Counted from the stretch's first letter, positions 28,978 to 38,327 are shown. The stretch: 64,000 nt of DNA from an uncultured bacterium (GCA_963729625.1 CAVSOU010000011.1:416001-480000), one strand, 5' to 3'. Numbers and translations are program-made. Notes: generated by a model from the letters alone, not told the origin.

Positions 28978-30189
28978 TCACACGACAAAGTCGGGGAATA
29001 ACATTAGCTGCACTGGCTGAGGACCGACATTGCGCAGAGCGCGCCTGATTCGATGCAGTGACATCGTCGCTTCAGGCGGTCGACGGCCGTTGAGCAAGAC
29101 AAAGGGCGCGGCGCGAGAGGTGACGACTCCCAGCACCTTCAAGTCGCTCGTTTCCGCAAGCGTGCCGAGGTGCCGCATGTCCACGATGCGCCGCGCGCTG
29201 ACCGGCCCGATTCCCGGCACGCGCAGCAGGTCCTCAAACGTGGCAGTATTGACCTCCACTGGTGTGCGGTCTGGAATCGCGAGCGTCACTGCCAACTTGG
29301 GGTCCAGGGCAAGGGGAAGGTTGCCGTGCCTATCAAAGGCCGCGTCGAGATCAGCATCGCCAAACTGGTACTGTTCAGCCAGCCATTCCAACTGGTAGAG
29401 TCTGGCTCGACGGCGAGGATCGGGCGGCGTAGCCTCAACCAGCGGTGTGCCCGGTGCAGGCTGAAACGAGCCGTAATGGACGCGGCGCAGATCGAATTCG
29501 CGGCGCAAGCGGCGGCTCGCATCAGCCAACGCACGATCCGCAGCCGGTAACCGGCCGTTGGCCGCTACGCCGACCAACAGTTGTCCGGTCACTCCACTGC
29601 GGATCTTGCCCTCGAGATTCAACCGGCGCAGTGCGTGCAGCGGCCGCAGGATGTCCTGCTCCCAGCGCTTGCCGGTTTCAAGTCCCTCCAGGTACTCTGG
29701 AGCCGGCACTTCCACGTTGAGCGAAAGCCGATCGGCTACCGTCGCTGCTTCCTCGATGGACGAGTCGGACGATCCCGGCAGGACCTTCATATGCACGTAA
29801 CCATCGAACTCGTGGCGGGAGCGCAGGATGCGAACGGTATCGATCATTCGCTGCATCGACGCGTCCGCGCTGCCGTCGGCTGCCGAGCTGAGCATCAATC
29901 CGTCCGCACGCCGACGAAGCCAGTGATCGGCAAATGCTTGGGCAAGCTCATCCGAGCCAAAGGACGAGCGCCGTGGATCGTTGCTCCGCCTGAGCGGGCA
30001 ATAGGCGCAATCGTGTTCGCAGTAGCTGCTCTGCAAGACACGGAGCAACGTGCCGGCTGCATCGTGCGTTGAGTCTCCGACGCAGAGCGCAGACCGCGGT
30101 CCTTGCGCGGCGCGAGCCAGTTGCCGCTCGCCGGCGATTTCGTATCGTGCCGCGCTCCCGAGCAGCGCAAGCTTTTCGGCCGTGTCCAT
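28978..30189 (-). CDS. Putative DNA modification/repair radical SAM protein with HhH motif
   Basis: CEHDCAYC, YVHMKVLPG, ADRLSLNVE, LDPKLA, VEVNTA..EDLLRVPGIGPVSARRI. Confidence 0.85.
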   Translation of the reverse strand: MDTAEKLALLGSAARYEIAGERQLARAAQGPRSALCVGDSTHDAAGTLLRVLQSSYCEHDCAYCPLRRSNDPRRSSFGSDELAQAFADHWLRRRADGLMLSSAADGSADASMQRMIDTVRILRSRHEFDGYVHMKVLPGSSDSSIEEAATVADRLSLNVEVPAPEYLEGLETGKRWEQDILRPLHALRRLNLEGKIRSGVTGQLLVGVAANGRLPAADRALADASRRLRREFDLRRVHYGSFQPAPGTPLVEATPPDPRRRARLYQLEWLAEQYQFGDADLDAAFDRHGNLPLALDPKLAVTLAIPDRTPVEVNTATFEDLLRVPGIGPVSARRIVDMRHLGTLAETSDLKVLGVVTSRAAPFVLLNGRRPPEATMSLHRIRRALRNVGPQPVQLMLFPDFVV

Positions 30190-30420
30190 ACGCGTATTGT
30201 CCGACGTCTGCTCGATCGGCGCCAGTAGCGACGAGACCGGGGGACACGTCCGGCGAGAACTGGTTGCGACGCGGCGCGGACAGCTGCCTCGCGTGGCCTC
30301 CGGCGCTGCCAACGGGGCTCGTGGGCTGCGTCTCCCCAAAAGGGGTGGTTGCGACGCACCGCGCAACAGCCGATAATGCCACCGAGAGCATATCGCACGG
30401 GCTAGAGAGAGGGGTAGCGG

Positions 30421-30837
30421 ATGATTGGCGGCAAGGACGACGCATTGAGCTCGATCCTAGAGATCAGACGAAAGCGCGTCTCACGACCAGAATCCGATTA
30501 TCCAGAGGCGGAAGGGTGCCCGGCGCCAGCTCAGACGATGCCCGGTCAGCCGGCGACGGCAACCGCGCGAGGCTGGGCCCACGCGCTCGAGCAGACCCCA
30601 ACCTCCGTCGATGCCCAGGCCCAAGCCGAGCCGCCGGCAGCGCAGGCCCAGGCGAGCGGTTCTGCAATCGCGGATGCGAAAGCCAGGGCGACGAGGGCCC
30701 CGTCTCCGCTGATCGCGAAGATTCGGATATGCCCGACGAGCTTTTCTGGTAACCACGAGTGGGTCTATCCGGCGCAGCGGCGCGGCGCCGTCGACATCTA
30801 TTGCAGGCGCTGCGGCCACCGGAAAGCAAACCGCTAA
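30421..30837 (+). CDS. Hypothetical protein with a C-terminal C-H-C-C zinc-finger-like motif
   Basis: Purine-rich SD-like sequence upstream; ICPTSFSGNHEW...YCRRCGHRK. Confidence 0.55.
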   Translation: MIGGKDDALSSILEIRRKRVSRPESDYPEAEGCPAPAQTMPGQPATATARGWAHALEQTPTSVDAQAQAEPPAAQAQASGSAIADAKARATRAPSPLIAKIRICPTSFSGNHEWVYPAQRRGAVDIYCRRCGHRKANR

Positions 30838-30868
30838 GCCGGCGAGAAGTCTGTCCCGCCGGGCCAGG

Positions 30869-31237
30869 TCACCATTCGCCTGCACCGCGGACGAGCCGGA
30901 TCTCTTCGACGCGGCCGGCAGATCCAAGGACAATTGCTACCACGTCGATTCGCCACGCGCAGTCCTCTACGGCGTGCTCGACCATATAGTGCGCTGCCGC
31001 AGCCGCTACATGCGCTATCTTCGTCGGTGTAACAGCTTCTTCTGGCGCGCCGAACAGATTGCCACGACGGGTTTTGACCTCCACGAAAGCCAACGTATCG
31101 CCGTCACGGCAAACCAGATCGACCTCACCCGCACGGCACGTATAGTTCGTAGCCAGTACGGAATACCCTTGCTCTACCAGGAACCGGAGCGCGAGATTCT
31201 CGCCGCGATCGCCCAGGCGGCGGCGAGCGTGCCGCAT
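30869..31237 (-). CDS. YraN family PD-(D/E)XK protein
   Basis: LGDRGENLA, NY.CRAGEVDLV, FVEVKTR, RIDVVAI. Confidence 0.92.
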   Translation of the reverse strand: MRHARRRLGDRGENLALRFLVEQGYSVLATNYTCRAGEVDLVCRDGDTLAFVEVKTRRGNLFGAPEEAVTPTKIAHVAAAAAHYMVEHAVEDCAWRIDVVAIVLGSAGRVEEIRLVRGAGEW

Positions 31238-31238
31238 G

Positions 31239-31610
31239 CTATGCCTTGGCGGCCGCCTGCGGTACGTAGCGCTTCTCTCGGATCCGCGCCGACTTTCCGG
31301 TCCGCTTGCGGAGGTAGTACAGCGCCGCCCTGCGGACCGCGCCATGGCGAACGATCTCGAACTTGTCAATCCGAGGAGAGTTTACGAGGAACGTCCGCTC
31401 AACGCCTATCTGACCGCTTAACCGGCGCACTGTGATGCTGGCGTCGACGTTGGCCTTCCGGCGGCGAATCACGGTACCCTCGAAGACCTGCACACGCTCT
31501 TTGTTCCCCTCGACGATGCGCGCATGCACGCGGATAGTGTCGCCGACACTGATCCTGGGCAGATCGGACTTCAGCTGGCTGGTGCGGACCAAATCGAGGA
31601 TATTGCCCAT
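31239..31610 (-). CDS. rplS: 50S ribosomal protein L19
   Basis: GDTIRVHARIVEGNKERVQVFEGTVI, GVERTF, VRRAALYYLR. Confidence 0.97.
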   Translation of the reverse strand: MGNILDLVRTSQLKSDLPRISVGDTIRVHARIVEGNKERVQVFEGTVIRRRKANVDASITVRRLSGQIGVERTFLVNSPRIDKFEIVRHGAVRRAALYYLRKRTGKSARIREKRYVPQAAAKA

Positions 31611-31729
31611 TATCTCTTCTCCCGCCAACTCCACGTGGAGTGTTTCCGCGCGGGCCGCGGTGGCGGGAACACCCCGGCCTTCCAACGCAACCGCCCGCTG
31701 CAATCAACAACGTTGCTAACCAAGAGCAC

Positions 31730-31758
31730 ATGGTAGCATACCGATACTGGCAGAACAA
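31730..31758 (-). promoter_or_regulatory. Sigma70-type promoter for rplS
   Basis: TTGTTC-N17-TACCAT with extended -10 TGn on the minus strand. Confidence 0.55.
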
Positions 31759-31769
31759 GGCACAGTGCG

Positions 31770-33563
31770 CTAGTAGCCCATGGCATACGCGGTCTGGCCG
31801 CGAGGTGACGCGCAGGCCTCCAGGCGCCCGCTATCCGGGTCTATGCGCGCGCCGCACACCTGGCCATTCGCCCAATTGTCCACGACCGCGACCTCATGGC
31901 CAAGCGCTTCGAGCGCGGAGCGCGTCGCATGGGGAATCCGTCCCTCCACGGACAGGCAGCCAAGCAGCGTTTCGCGCGGATAAAACGAGGATGCCAGGTG
32001 GTCTGTATGGAATGTGGCAGCGTCTGCGGCTTCCTGAAGGTCCATTCCAAACTCGACCACGTTCAGGAAGAACTGCAACGTCCACTGGTCTTGCTGATCG
32101 CCGCCGGGCGTACCGAACACCATATGCGGCCGGCCGGCACGCATGACCAACGACGGAGTGAGTGTGGTGCGAGGTCGCTTTCCGGGTGCAAGACAGTTGG
32201 GATGACCGGGGTCAAGCGAGAACATCTGCGCTCTGGTGCCAAGAGGAAAGCCCAGCCCTTCAACCACGGGCGAGCTCGAAATCCATGCGCCGGACGGAGT
32301 TGCACTGATCATCAGGCCCTCGTTGTCGATTGCATCCAGATGGGTGGTGTCGCGCCGGTGAACACGCACGTCTTCGGGCGCCTTCGCACCGGCTCTATCC
32401 AGCGCGCCCGGTCGGATCGTGATCGAAGCACGATTGGGGTCGATGAGAGCTCTGCGTTGCTGTGCATACTCACGCGAAAGCAGTCGCTGCAACGGCACAT
32501 CATTGAATAGCGGATCGGCGTAATACGCATCGCGGTCCGCGAATGCCAGTTTCGCTGCTTCGACGAGCGTATGTACGTAGGCAGGGGTGTTGTGTCCGAG
32601 CGCATGCAGATCGTAGCCTTCGAGCAGGCGAAGCTGCTGGAGAAATACGGGTCCCTGCGTCCAGGTGTCGCATTTGTATACGTCGTACCCGCGATACTCG
32701 GCGTGGACCGGTTCGTCCACACGTGAGCGATAGGAACCAAAGTCGTCAAGCGACAGCAGGCCGCTGTGCGCCCTGCCGGAATGGTCGACAACCAGGGTGT
32801 TCGCGGCGAATTCGGCGATGGCGCGAGAGATCGGGCCACGGTAGAATACGTCGCGAGCTGCCTGCAGCGCTGCTGACCGGTCCGCGCCTGCCCGAATGGC
32901 AAGAGCCTCGGCTTCGATCGTCTTGCTCATTGCCGCCGCCCAATCTGGCTGCCGGAGACGATCGCCCACTGCGGGCGGGGCTCCGCCGGGCAGGTAGATG
33001 GCCGCGGACGTCGGCCACTGGTTTCTGAACGTCTCTTGCTGCCTGGCAATCGCGCGCCGCAAGCCGGGATACACCGCGAAGCCGTCTGCCGCCAACTCCA
33101 GGGCCGGCTCCATTACATCGTACAGCGACATGGTTCCGAAGTCGCTGAGCGCCGTCACCCATGCGTCAAAGGCAGCCGGTACTGTCGCAGCCAACAGGCC
33201 GCTACCTGGGATGAGCGATATGCCCTCTTCCTGGAAGTACCCGATAGTCGCTCGTGCGGGCGCGGTGCCCTGGCCGCTAATGGAAACGACGCGGCGCGTA
33301 CGCGGGCTATAAATGAGCATCGGCGCCTCGCCCGCTATTCCGTTATCCTGCGGCTTGACCACGGCCAGGGCCAGCCCGGTCGCTACTGCGGCGTCGACCG
33401 CATTTCCGCCCCGCGCGTACATGCGCAGTCCCGCCGCGCTTGCGAGATAGTGGCCGGACGTGATCACGCCACGACGGCCCTGGATCACGGGTCGTGTAGT
33501 ATGCCGAATGCCGGTGTGTCGCTCCGCTTTGCTCGGGTTGGCCGAGACCGCCTGTGCCATCAC
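31770..33563 (-). CDS. Gamma-glutamyltransferase family Ntn-hydrolase
   Basis: GGNAVDAAVA, KLAFADRD, DTTHLDAID (Thr nucleophile), PGKRPRTTLTP, FGTPGGDQQ. Confidence 0.92.
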   Translation of the reverse strand: MMAQAVSANPSKAERHTGIRHTTRPVIQGRRGVITSGHYLASAAGLRMYARGGNAVDAAVATGLALAVVKPQDNGIAGEAPMLIYSPRTRRVVSISGQGTAPARATIGYFQEEGISLIPGSGLLAATVPAAFDAWVTALSDFGTMSLYDVMEPALELAADGFAVYPGLRRAIARQQETFRNQWPTSAAIYLPGGAPPAVGDRLRQPDWAAAMSKTIEAEALAIRAGADRSAALQAARDVFYRGPISRAIAEFAANTLVVDHSGRAHSGLLSLDDFGSYRSRVDEPVHAEYRGYDVYKCDTWTQGPVFLQQLRLLEGYDLHALGHNTPAYVHTLVEAAKLAFADRDAYYADPLFNDVPLQRLLSREYAQQRRALIDPNRASITIRPGALDRAGAKAPEDVRVHRRDTTHLDAIDNEGLMISATPSGAWISSSPVVEGLGFPLGTRAQMFSLDPGHPNCLAPGKRPRTTLTPSLVMRAGRPHMVFGTPGGDQQDQWTLQFFLNVVEFGMDLQEAADAATFHTDHLASSFYPRETLLGCLSVEGRIPHATRSALEALGHEVAVVDNWANGQVCGARIDPDSGRLEACASPRGQTAYAMGY

Positions 33564-34060
33564 ACGATCTCGCTTCGGCGGAGCTTGCGCTCAAGATAGG
33601 GCACAAGCCCACCTGCGCGAATCAGGTCCAGGATGTGCCCGGTGAAGGCATCCGCAGCGAATGCTTCTCCGGTATCCAGAATCTCGATACGACCGGCTTC
33701 GACGTCGACACGCAGGCGCTGGCCCGCCTTCACACTGCGAGCACTGGCGCACACGATGACAGGAAGGCCAAGGTTGATGGCGTTTCGATAGAAGATGCGA
33801 GCGAACGAGAGCGCAACTACTGCCGCCACGCCGGCACACTTGATCGCTCCCGGCGCCGATTCGCGACTCGATCCGCAGCCGAAGTTCGCTCCTCCGACCA
33901 TGATGTCTCCCGGCAGGACTCTCGATGCAAAATCGGGATCAATACCCTCCATGACATGCGCGGCGCCTTCCTCGGAGGTGAACTTCAGGTACTTTCCTGG
34001 CAGTATGACGTCCGTATTGACATCGTCGCCGAAACACCAGGCGGCGCCCTCCAGGATCAT
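33560..34060 (-). CDS. 3-isopropylmalate dehydratase small subunit family (LeuD/DmdB/HacB-like)
   Basis: DDVNTDVILPGKYL, NFGCGSSRESA, SFARIFYRNAINLGLP. Confidence 0.92.
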   Translation of the reverse strand: MILEGAAWCFGDDVNTDVILPGKYLKFTSEEGAAHVMEGIDPDFASRVLPGDIMVGGANFGCGSSRESAPGAIKCAGVAAVVALSFARIFYRNAINLGLPVIVCASARSVKAGQRLRVDVEAGRIEILDTGEAFAADAFTGHILDLIRAGGLVPYLERKLRRSEIV

Positions 34061-34073
34061 GGCGTTCTCCCGT

Positions 34074-35333
34074 CTATGAGACATACTGGCGAGGATCCGC
34101 GATCCGGCCCTCCAGCGCGGACGCGGCGACAGTGGCCGGCGATGCAAGGTACACCTCGGCATCGGCGCTGCCCATCCGCCCTCGGAAGTTCCTGTTCGTG
34201 GAAGAGATACAGCGTACCGTTCCCTTCAGAGCATTCAGACCTACGCCAAGGCAGGCGCCACAGGATGTCGGAAGAAACTGCGCGCCGGCGTCGCGCAACA
34301 CGTCGACAATGCCGTCCCTCACCGCATGTTCCAGGATTTCTTTCGAGGCCGGGGCGATCTGCAGCAGCGTGCCTTGATGCACCCGCCTACCGCGCAGTAC
34401 GTCCGCGACCCGGGCCAGATCGTAGTATTTTGCACCGGTGCAAGCGCCTATATACGCTTGGTCGATCGGTGTACCCGCGGCTTCGTCGACATCCACACCA
34501 TTGTCGGGCGAATGCGGTAGCGCAACCTGTGGTACGAGCTTTGCAGCGTCGTCCTCAAACAGTCCGGCATAGATGGCATCGTCGTCCGGCAGGACTGGAG
34601 TCGGATTTCGCATTCCTCTCCGCTCAAGGTAGTCGCACACGACGTCGTCCGCGGCGACAATACCTGCCTTGCCTCCCAGCTCGATGGTCATGTTGCTGAG
34701 GACCAGTCGCTCGTCCAAAGGCAGATTGCGCACGCCCGATCCGGTGTACTCGATCGACTTATAGGTCGCTCCATCGCAGCGTAACCGCCGAAGCGTCGAC
34801 AAGATCATGTCCTTCGCCATCACGCCCGGCGCCAGCTTGCCGTTCCACCGTACCTCGATCGTTTCCGGCACGCGCAGCCATATCTCGCCCGTAGCGACCA
34901 CGCCCAGGATCTCGGTTGAGCCGACTGGTACGGCCATGCAGCCGAGTGCGCCGGCAGTTACACTGTGGGAGTCCGCACCCACCATCAACATGCCCGGCCA
35001 CACATAGCCTCTCTCGATGCTGACAATGTGCATGATGCCTTCAAAGAAATGGAACTTGCGCACGCCCTTCGCCTCGACCCACTCGCGCGTCACTCTCTGG
35101 ATGTCGGCCTCGACGTTGTCTGTCGCGGGAACGAAGTGGTCGCTGATCACGCACACCTTCTCAGCGTCCCAGACCTTGCCGCCAAGCCGTTCTAGACCTG
35201 GACCGATGCGCCGTGGCCCGCTGGTATCGCTCATGAGGGCGAGATCGACTGCCGCCCAAACAATGTCGCCGGGCTCAACGTGGTCGTGCCCTGACGCGCG
35301 AGCAAGGATTTTCTGCGCAATAGTCGATCCCAT
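34074..35333 (-). CDS. 3-isopropylmalate dehydratase/homoaconitase large subunit family
   Basis: TIAQKILARA, GADSHS, IGACTG, SCGACLG (three Fe-S Cys), STNRNFRGRMG. Confidence 0.92.
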   Translation of the reverse strand: MGSTIAQKILARASGHDHVEPGDIVWAAVDLALMSDTSGPRRIGPGLERLGGKVWDAEKVCVISDHFVPATDNVEADIQRVTREWVEAKGVRKFHFFEGIMHIVSIERGYVWPGMLMVGADSHSVTAGALGCMAVPVGSTEILGVVATGEIWLRVPETIEVRWNGKLAPGVMAKDMILSTLRRLRCDGATYKSIEYTGSGVRNLPLDERLVLSNMTIELGGKAGIVAADDVVCDYLERRGMRNPTPVLPDDDAIYAGLFEDDAAKLVPQVALPHSPDNGVDVDEAAGTPIDQAYIGACTGAKYYDLARVADVLRGRRVHQGTLLQIAPASKEILEHAVRDGIVDVLRDAGAQFLPTSCGACLGVGLNALKGTVRCISSTNRNFRGRMGSADAEVYLASPATVAASALEGRIADPRQYVS

Positions 35334-35561
35334 CAGAAGACCTTTCGGGTGCTTGGGGGAGGTTCGCGGCACGGCTCCGTGTGTAGGAGAGTGTATTGCG
35401 ATCGCGCACGATGCGACAAGAAGAGCCGGTTTGCGGGTGCGCTCCCCGCTTGTTGGGCATTTCGCCAGGCGCTAGACTAGACCTAGCGGGACTCTGTGCA
35501 GGAGGGTGCCGCGCTCTTGGACTAGCGCATTTCACCGCCACTCAGTTGGGAGACGCGTCCA

Positions 35562-35813
35562 GTGACCTATGTAATAACCGAGCCATGCATCAATGTGAAG
35601 GATGCCGCGTGCGTGGCAGTGTGCCCAGTAGATTGCATCTATACAAAAGATGATGATGACATGTACTACATCCACCCGGATGAGTGCATTGACTGTGGCG
35701 CCTGCGAGCCCGAGTGTCCGGTGACCGCGATTTTTGCCGAGGACGAGGTGCCGGCAGACCAGACCAGGTTCATTCAAATCAACGCCGACTACTTCAAGAA
35801 CCGGGGTAGCTGA
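35562..35813 (+). CDS. 7Fe/dicluster ferredoxin
   Basis: YVITEPC...CVAVCPVDCI...IHPDECIDCGACEPECPV. Confidence 0.95.
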   Translation: MTYVITEPCINVKDAACVAVCPVDCIYTKDDDDMYYIHPDECIDCGACEPECPVTAIFAEDEVPADQTRFIQINADYFKNRGS

Positions 35814-36051
35814 CACGTACGCTTCTGGCAGGCACCACATACTCTCTGCGTCTATGGGTGATCCGATCCGGTGAAGATCTCCGAGCGCTGGCCAGGTGCC
35901 TTGCCTGAAAGCGCAGCAGAACTCCAGTTGACCATTGACGCCGCAGTGCCACGGATCCATCCCTGCTACACCCAAGCACAGTCGGTCTGCCGAGTCGACA
36001 GTGCTGCGCTGCCGGTCTTCCGAGACACTGCGCCAGGTATGCGAGACGCGA

Positions 36052-36492
36052 CTACGCTTTCCCGTTGGTAGCCTGCGCACTCTCGCGGACGATGAACACG
36101 CGGCTTGTCGCGTGCTCGAGCACATACGGCACGGTGCGGCCCATGTCGAACCGGCTAAAGCGATAACGGGGCACCAAGCCCATGATGATCAACGAGCAAT
36201 CTCGGTCGCGCGCCTCATCCACGATGCCCGGCCCAGCGTCGCGAGCTTGCACGACCTCTGCCTCAACCTCGTAGTTGGCTTCCTCGGCCGCCTCGATAGC
36301 GCGATCGAGAATCTCGTCGACCTCTGCGTCCTGCAGATGCGCGTCAAGCGGAAGGTTGCGTGGCACCTCCATGACGTGTACGACATAGACGTGGCTCCGG
36401 CTGTGCTTCGCCATGAAGCAGGCCATCCTGACAAGATCCCCGTCGATGACGTTCCCAGATAGGGCTACCAGGATATTGCGGGAACCCGACAT
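36052..36492 (-). CDS. Universal stress protein
   Basis: NILVAL, VVHVMEVP, GIVDEA...LIIMG, GRTVPYVLEHA. Confidence 0.85.
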   Translation of the reverse strand: MSGSRNILVALSGNVIDGDLVRMACFMAKHSRSHVYVVHVMEVPRNLPLDAHLQDAEVDEILDRAIEAAEEANYEVEAEVVQARDAGPGIVDEARDRDCSLIIMGLVPRYRFSRFDMGRTVPYVLEHATSRVFIVRESAQATNGKA

Positions 36493-36648
36493 GCCCCTCT
36501 TCGCTAGTTCCCGACTGTCTTTTTGCGTGAACGGAACCAAAGCACCTCTCGCTTACGTTGCACTGCGCCACCGCGTCGTGGAAGTTACTTGCGGTTTTCG
36601 CCCACTATGGTACACCGGCACGATGTCTCGCTGATGCGCATCAGCTCG

Positions 36649-36852
36649 CTACTGCAGTCGAGAGCGATTGTGCCAGAGGAGAAGTCGCGCGGCTCCATTG
36701 AGCACAAGTAGCACGGCGATGACGATCCCGATGGGTGGATCGACGTATCCCGGCGCCACGAGCGCGGCGACCACGAGAGCGGTTGCGGCGATGAATGAGA
36801 CCAGGGCCAGCGGAATTTGCGTGCTGGGGCCCGTGAGCAAGCGCTGGCTCAC
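36649..36852 (-). CDS. Small two-helix membrane protein
   Basis: Two hydrophobic segments; GTGA overlap with the GAF gene stop. Confidence 0.6.
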   Translation of the reverse strand: MSQRLLTGPSTQIPLALVSFIAATALVVAALVAPGYVDPPIGIVIAVLLVLNGAARLLLWHNRSRLQ

Positions 36853-37418
36853 CGGCCTGACGAGCCCCAGAAGGACTCCACGGTCTCGTGGTACGTCCGG
36901 TTAAGCGCGTCATACATGCGAGCATTTTCTATGGCCAGAGCACAGATATCGGCCAGGGCCTGCAGGAATTCCACCTCACCCGTACCAAATACGTGCTCTT
37001 CGCCCGTGTACACGCGCATGACGCCGATCGGCAGTCCGTGGCGGATGAGCGGCGCGCAAAGCACAGAAGTGATTCCCTCGCGTGCCAGCTCGTCGGGATA
37101 CTGAAGCCGTGTGTCGGTTGCCACGTTGCCAACCGCGACAGTCGCACCAAGCAGCGCCTCGCGATCAATCTTGCTTCCTGACACCTCGACGGCGCCTTTG
37201 TTCAAGTATTTTTCACTCAGACCGAACGAGCTCACCAGTTCCAGTTGGTTGCCGCCCTCGTCCAGAAGCCTGATCGAACTGGCCTTAGCCCGCATCGCCC
37301 CGGCAACACTTTGCACGACCGCACTCAGCGTGTCGCGTAGATCGAGTGAGGAATTGACGAGGCAGGCGACGCGGTACAGCGCACGATAGTATGCATGCTC
37401 ATCAGTCTGCACGGACAT
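36849..37418 (-). CDS. Stand-alone GAF domain protein
   Basis: SSLDLRDTL, SSIRLLDE, GLSEKYL, SVLCAPL, IGVMRVY, ALAIENARMY; GGAGGGG SD before ATG at 37418. Confidence 0.88.
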   Translation of the reverse strand: MSVQTDEHAYYRALYRVACLVNSSLDLRDTLSAVVQSVAGAMRAKASSIRLLDEGGNQLELVSSFGLSEKYLNKGAVEVSGSKIDREALLGATVAVGNVATDTRLQYPDELAREGITSVLCAPLIRHGLPIGVMRVYTGEEHVFGTGEVEFLQALADICALAIENARMYDALNRTYHETVESFWGSSGR

Positions 37419-37509
37419 TCCCCTCCACGCGACGGGCGTTTCCCTGTATGGTAGTTGCTTCGTCCGCCATTGGTAAAGAGTCGCCGCGTCAACGTTGCAG
37501 CAGCCGCGG

Positions 37510-37660
37510 GCTGTGAGTTCGCCCGCGCAATCGTTTCGTGGTATCCGATGGCCACGCAGAACGTGGCAGCGGGGCAGTGGATGCTGGTTAGCTCGTGCGG
37601 CAGAGACGGAGCCACCTTGTGCCAGGTAGTGCCGCCGTCGCCGCTCGAACAGGGAACTTG
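37510..37660 (-). pseudogene. Remnant of a BNR/Asp-box beta-propeller repeat
   Basis: SSGDGGTTWHKVAPSLPHELTSIHCPAATFCVAIG; in-frame TGA just upstream and no start codon before the motif. Confidence 0.5.
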
Positions 37661-37723
37661 GGCAGCTGGGCTGTCGCTGCTTCTTCATACGGATCGACGT
37701 GCTCGAGCAGCGTAAGCGTTGCA

Positions 37724-38320
37724 CTATGAGCGAAGGCTGACCTGCCAGAAACGGGCAATATAGTCGGCGGCCGACGCCACTGTCATGATCGTTGCCAGCC
37801 ACAGCCCTGCCTGTACTGGAGCGGGCGGGGACGACATCGGGAAGGCCAGCGTGAACGCGAGCGCGACAAGCGTGACGGTCGTCTTCCACTTGCCCAGCAG
37901 GCTTGCCGAGATTACCTTGCCCGTAGTGGCGGCCTGGCTCCTGATCCCGGAGATGACAAACTCTCTGGCCACGATCAAGGCGGCCATCCACGACGGCACT
38001 GCGCCGGTGCCGACAAGGACGATGAGCACCGTCGAGACAAGCACCTTGTCCGCCGCGAGGTCGATGAACACACCCAGTGTACTCACGACCTTCCAGCGCC
38101 GCGCCAGATAGCCGTCGAGGTAGTCGGTGACCGCAGCCAGAACGAAGAGCGGGATCGTCACGAAGCGCAGCCCCTCCGCGTTGATCAGGAGGAGAAGCGC
38201 GAGCGCGGGCGAGCTCAAGAGGCGAAAAAGGCTGAGGCCGTTTGGCAGCGCACGCCGCGTGCGGCCCGCACTGGTGGAAGCGGACGTCGGAGAGCGCTGA
38301 GGTGTCGGAGAAGCGCTCAC
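37724..38320 (-). CDS. pgsA: CDP-diacylglycerol--glycerol-3-phosphate 3-phosphatidyltransferase
   Basis: LPNGLSLFR, TDYLDGYLARR...LGVFIDLAADK, REFVISGIR, GKWKT. Confidence 0.9.
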   Translation of the reverse strand: MSASPTPQRSPTSASTSAGRTRRALPNGLSLFRLLSSPALALLLLINAEGLRFVTIPLFVLAAVTDYLDGYLARRWKVVSTLGVFIDLAADKVLVSTVLIVLVGTGAVPSWMAALIVAREFVISGIRSQAATTGKVISASLLGKWKTTVTLVALAFTLAFPMSSPPAPVQAGLWLATIMTVASAADYIARFWQVSLRS

Positions 38321-38327
38321 TCCTCGA

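Noticed and set aside
33554-34699. 381-aa plus-strand ORF
   Set aside because: Antisense shadow of the leuC/leuD-like genes with no motifs; typical of high-GC DNA.
37419-37991. N-terminal extension of the 380-aa GAF ORF
   Set aside because: It overlaps pgsA out of frame; the SD and domain boundary support a start at 37418.
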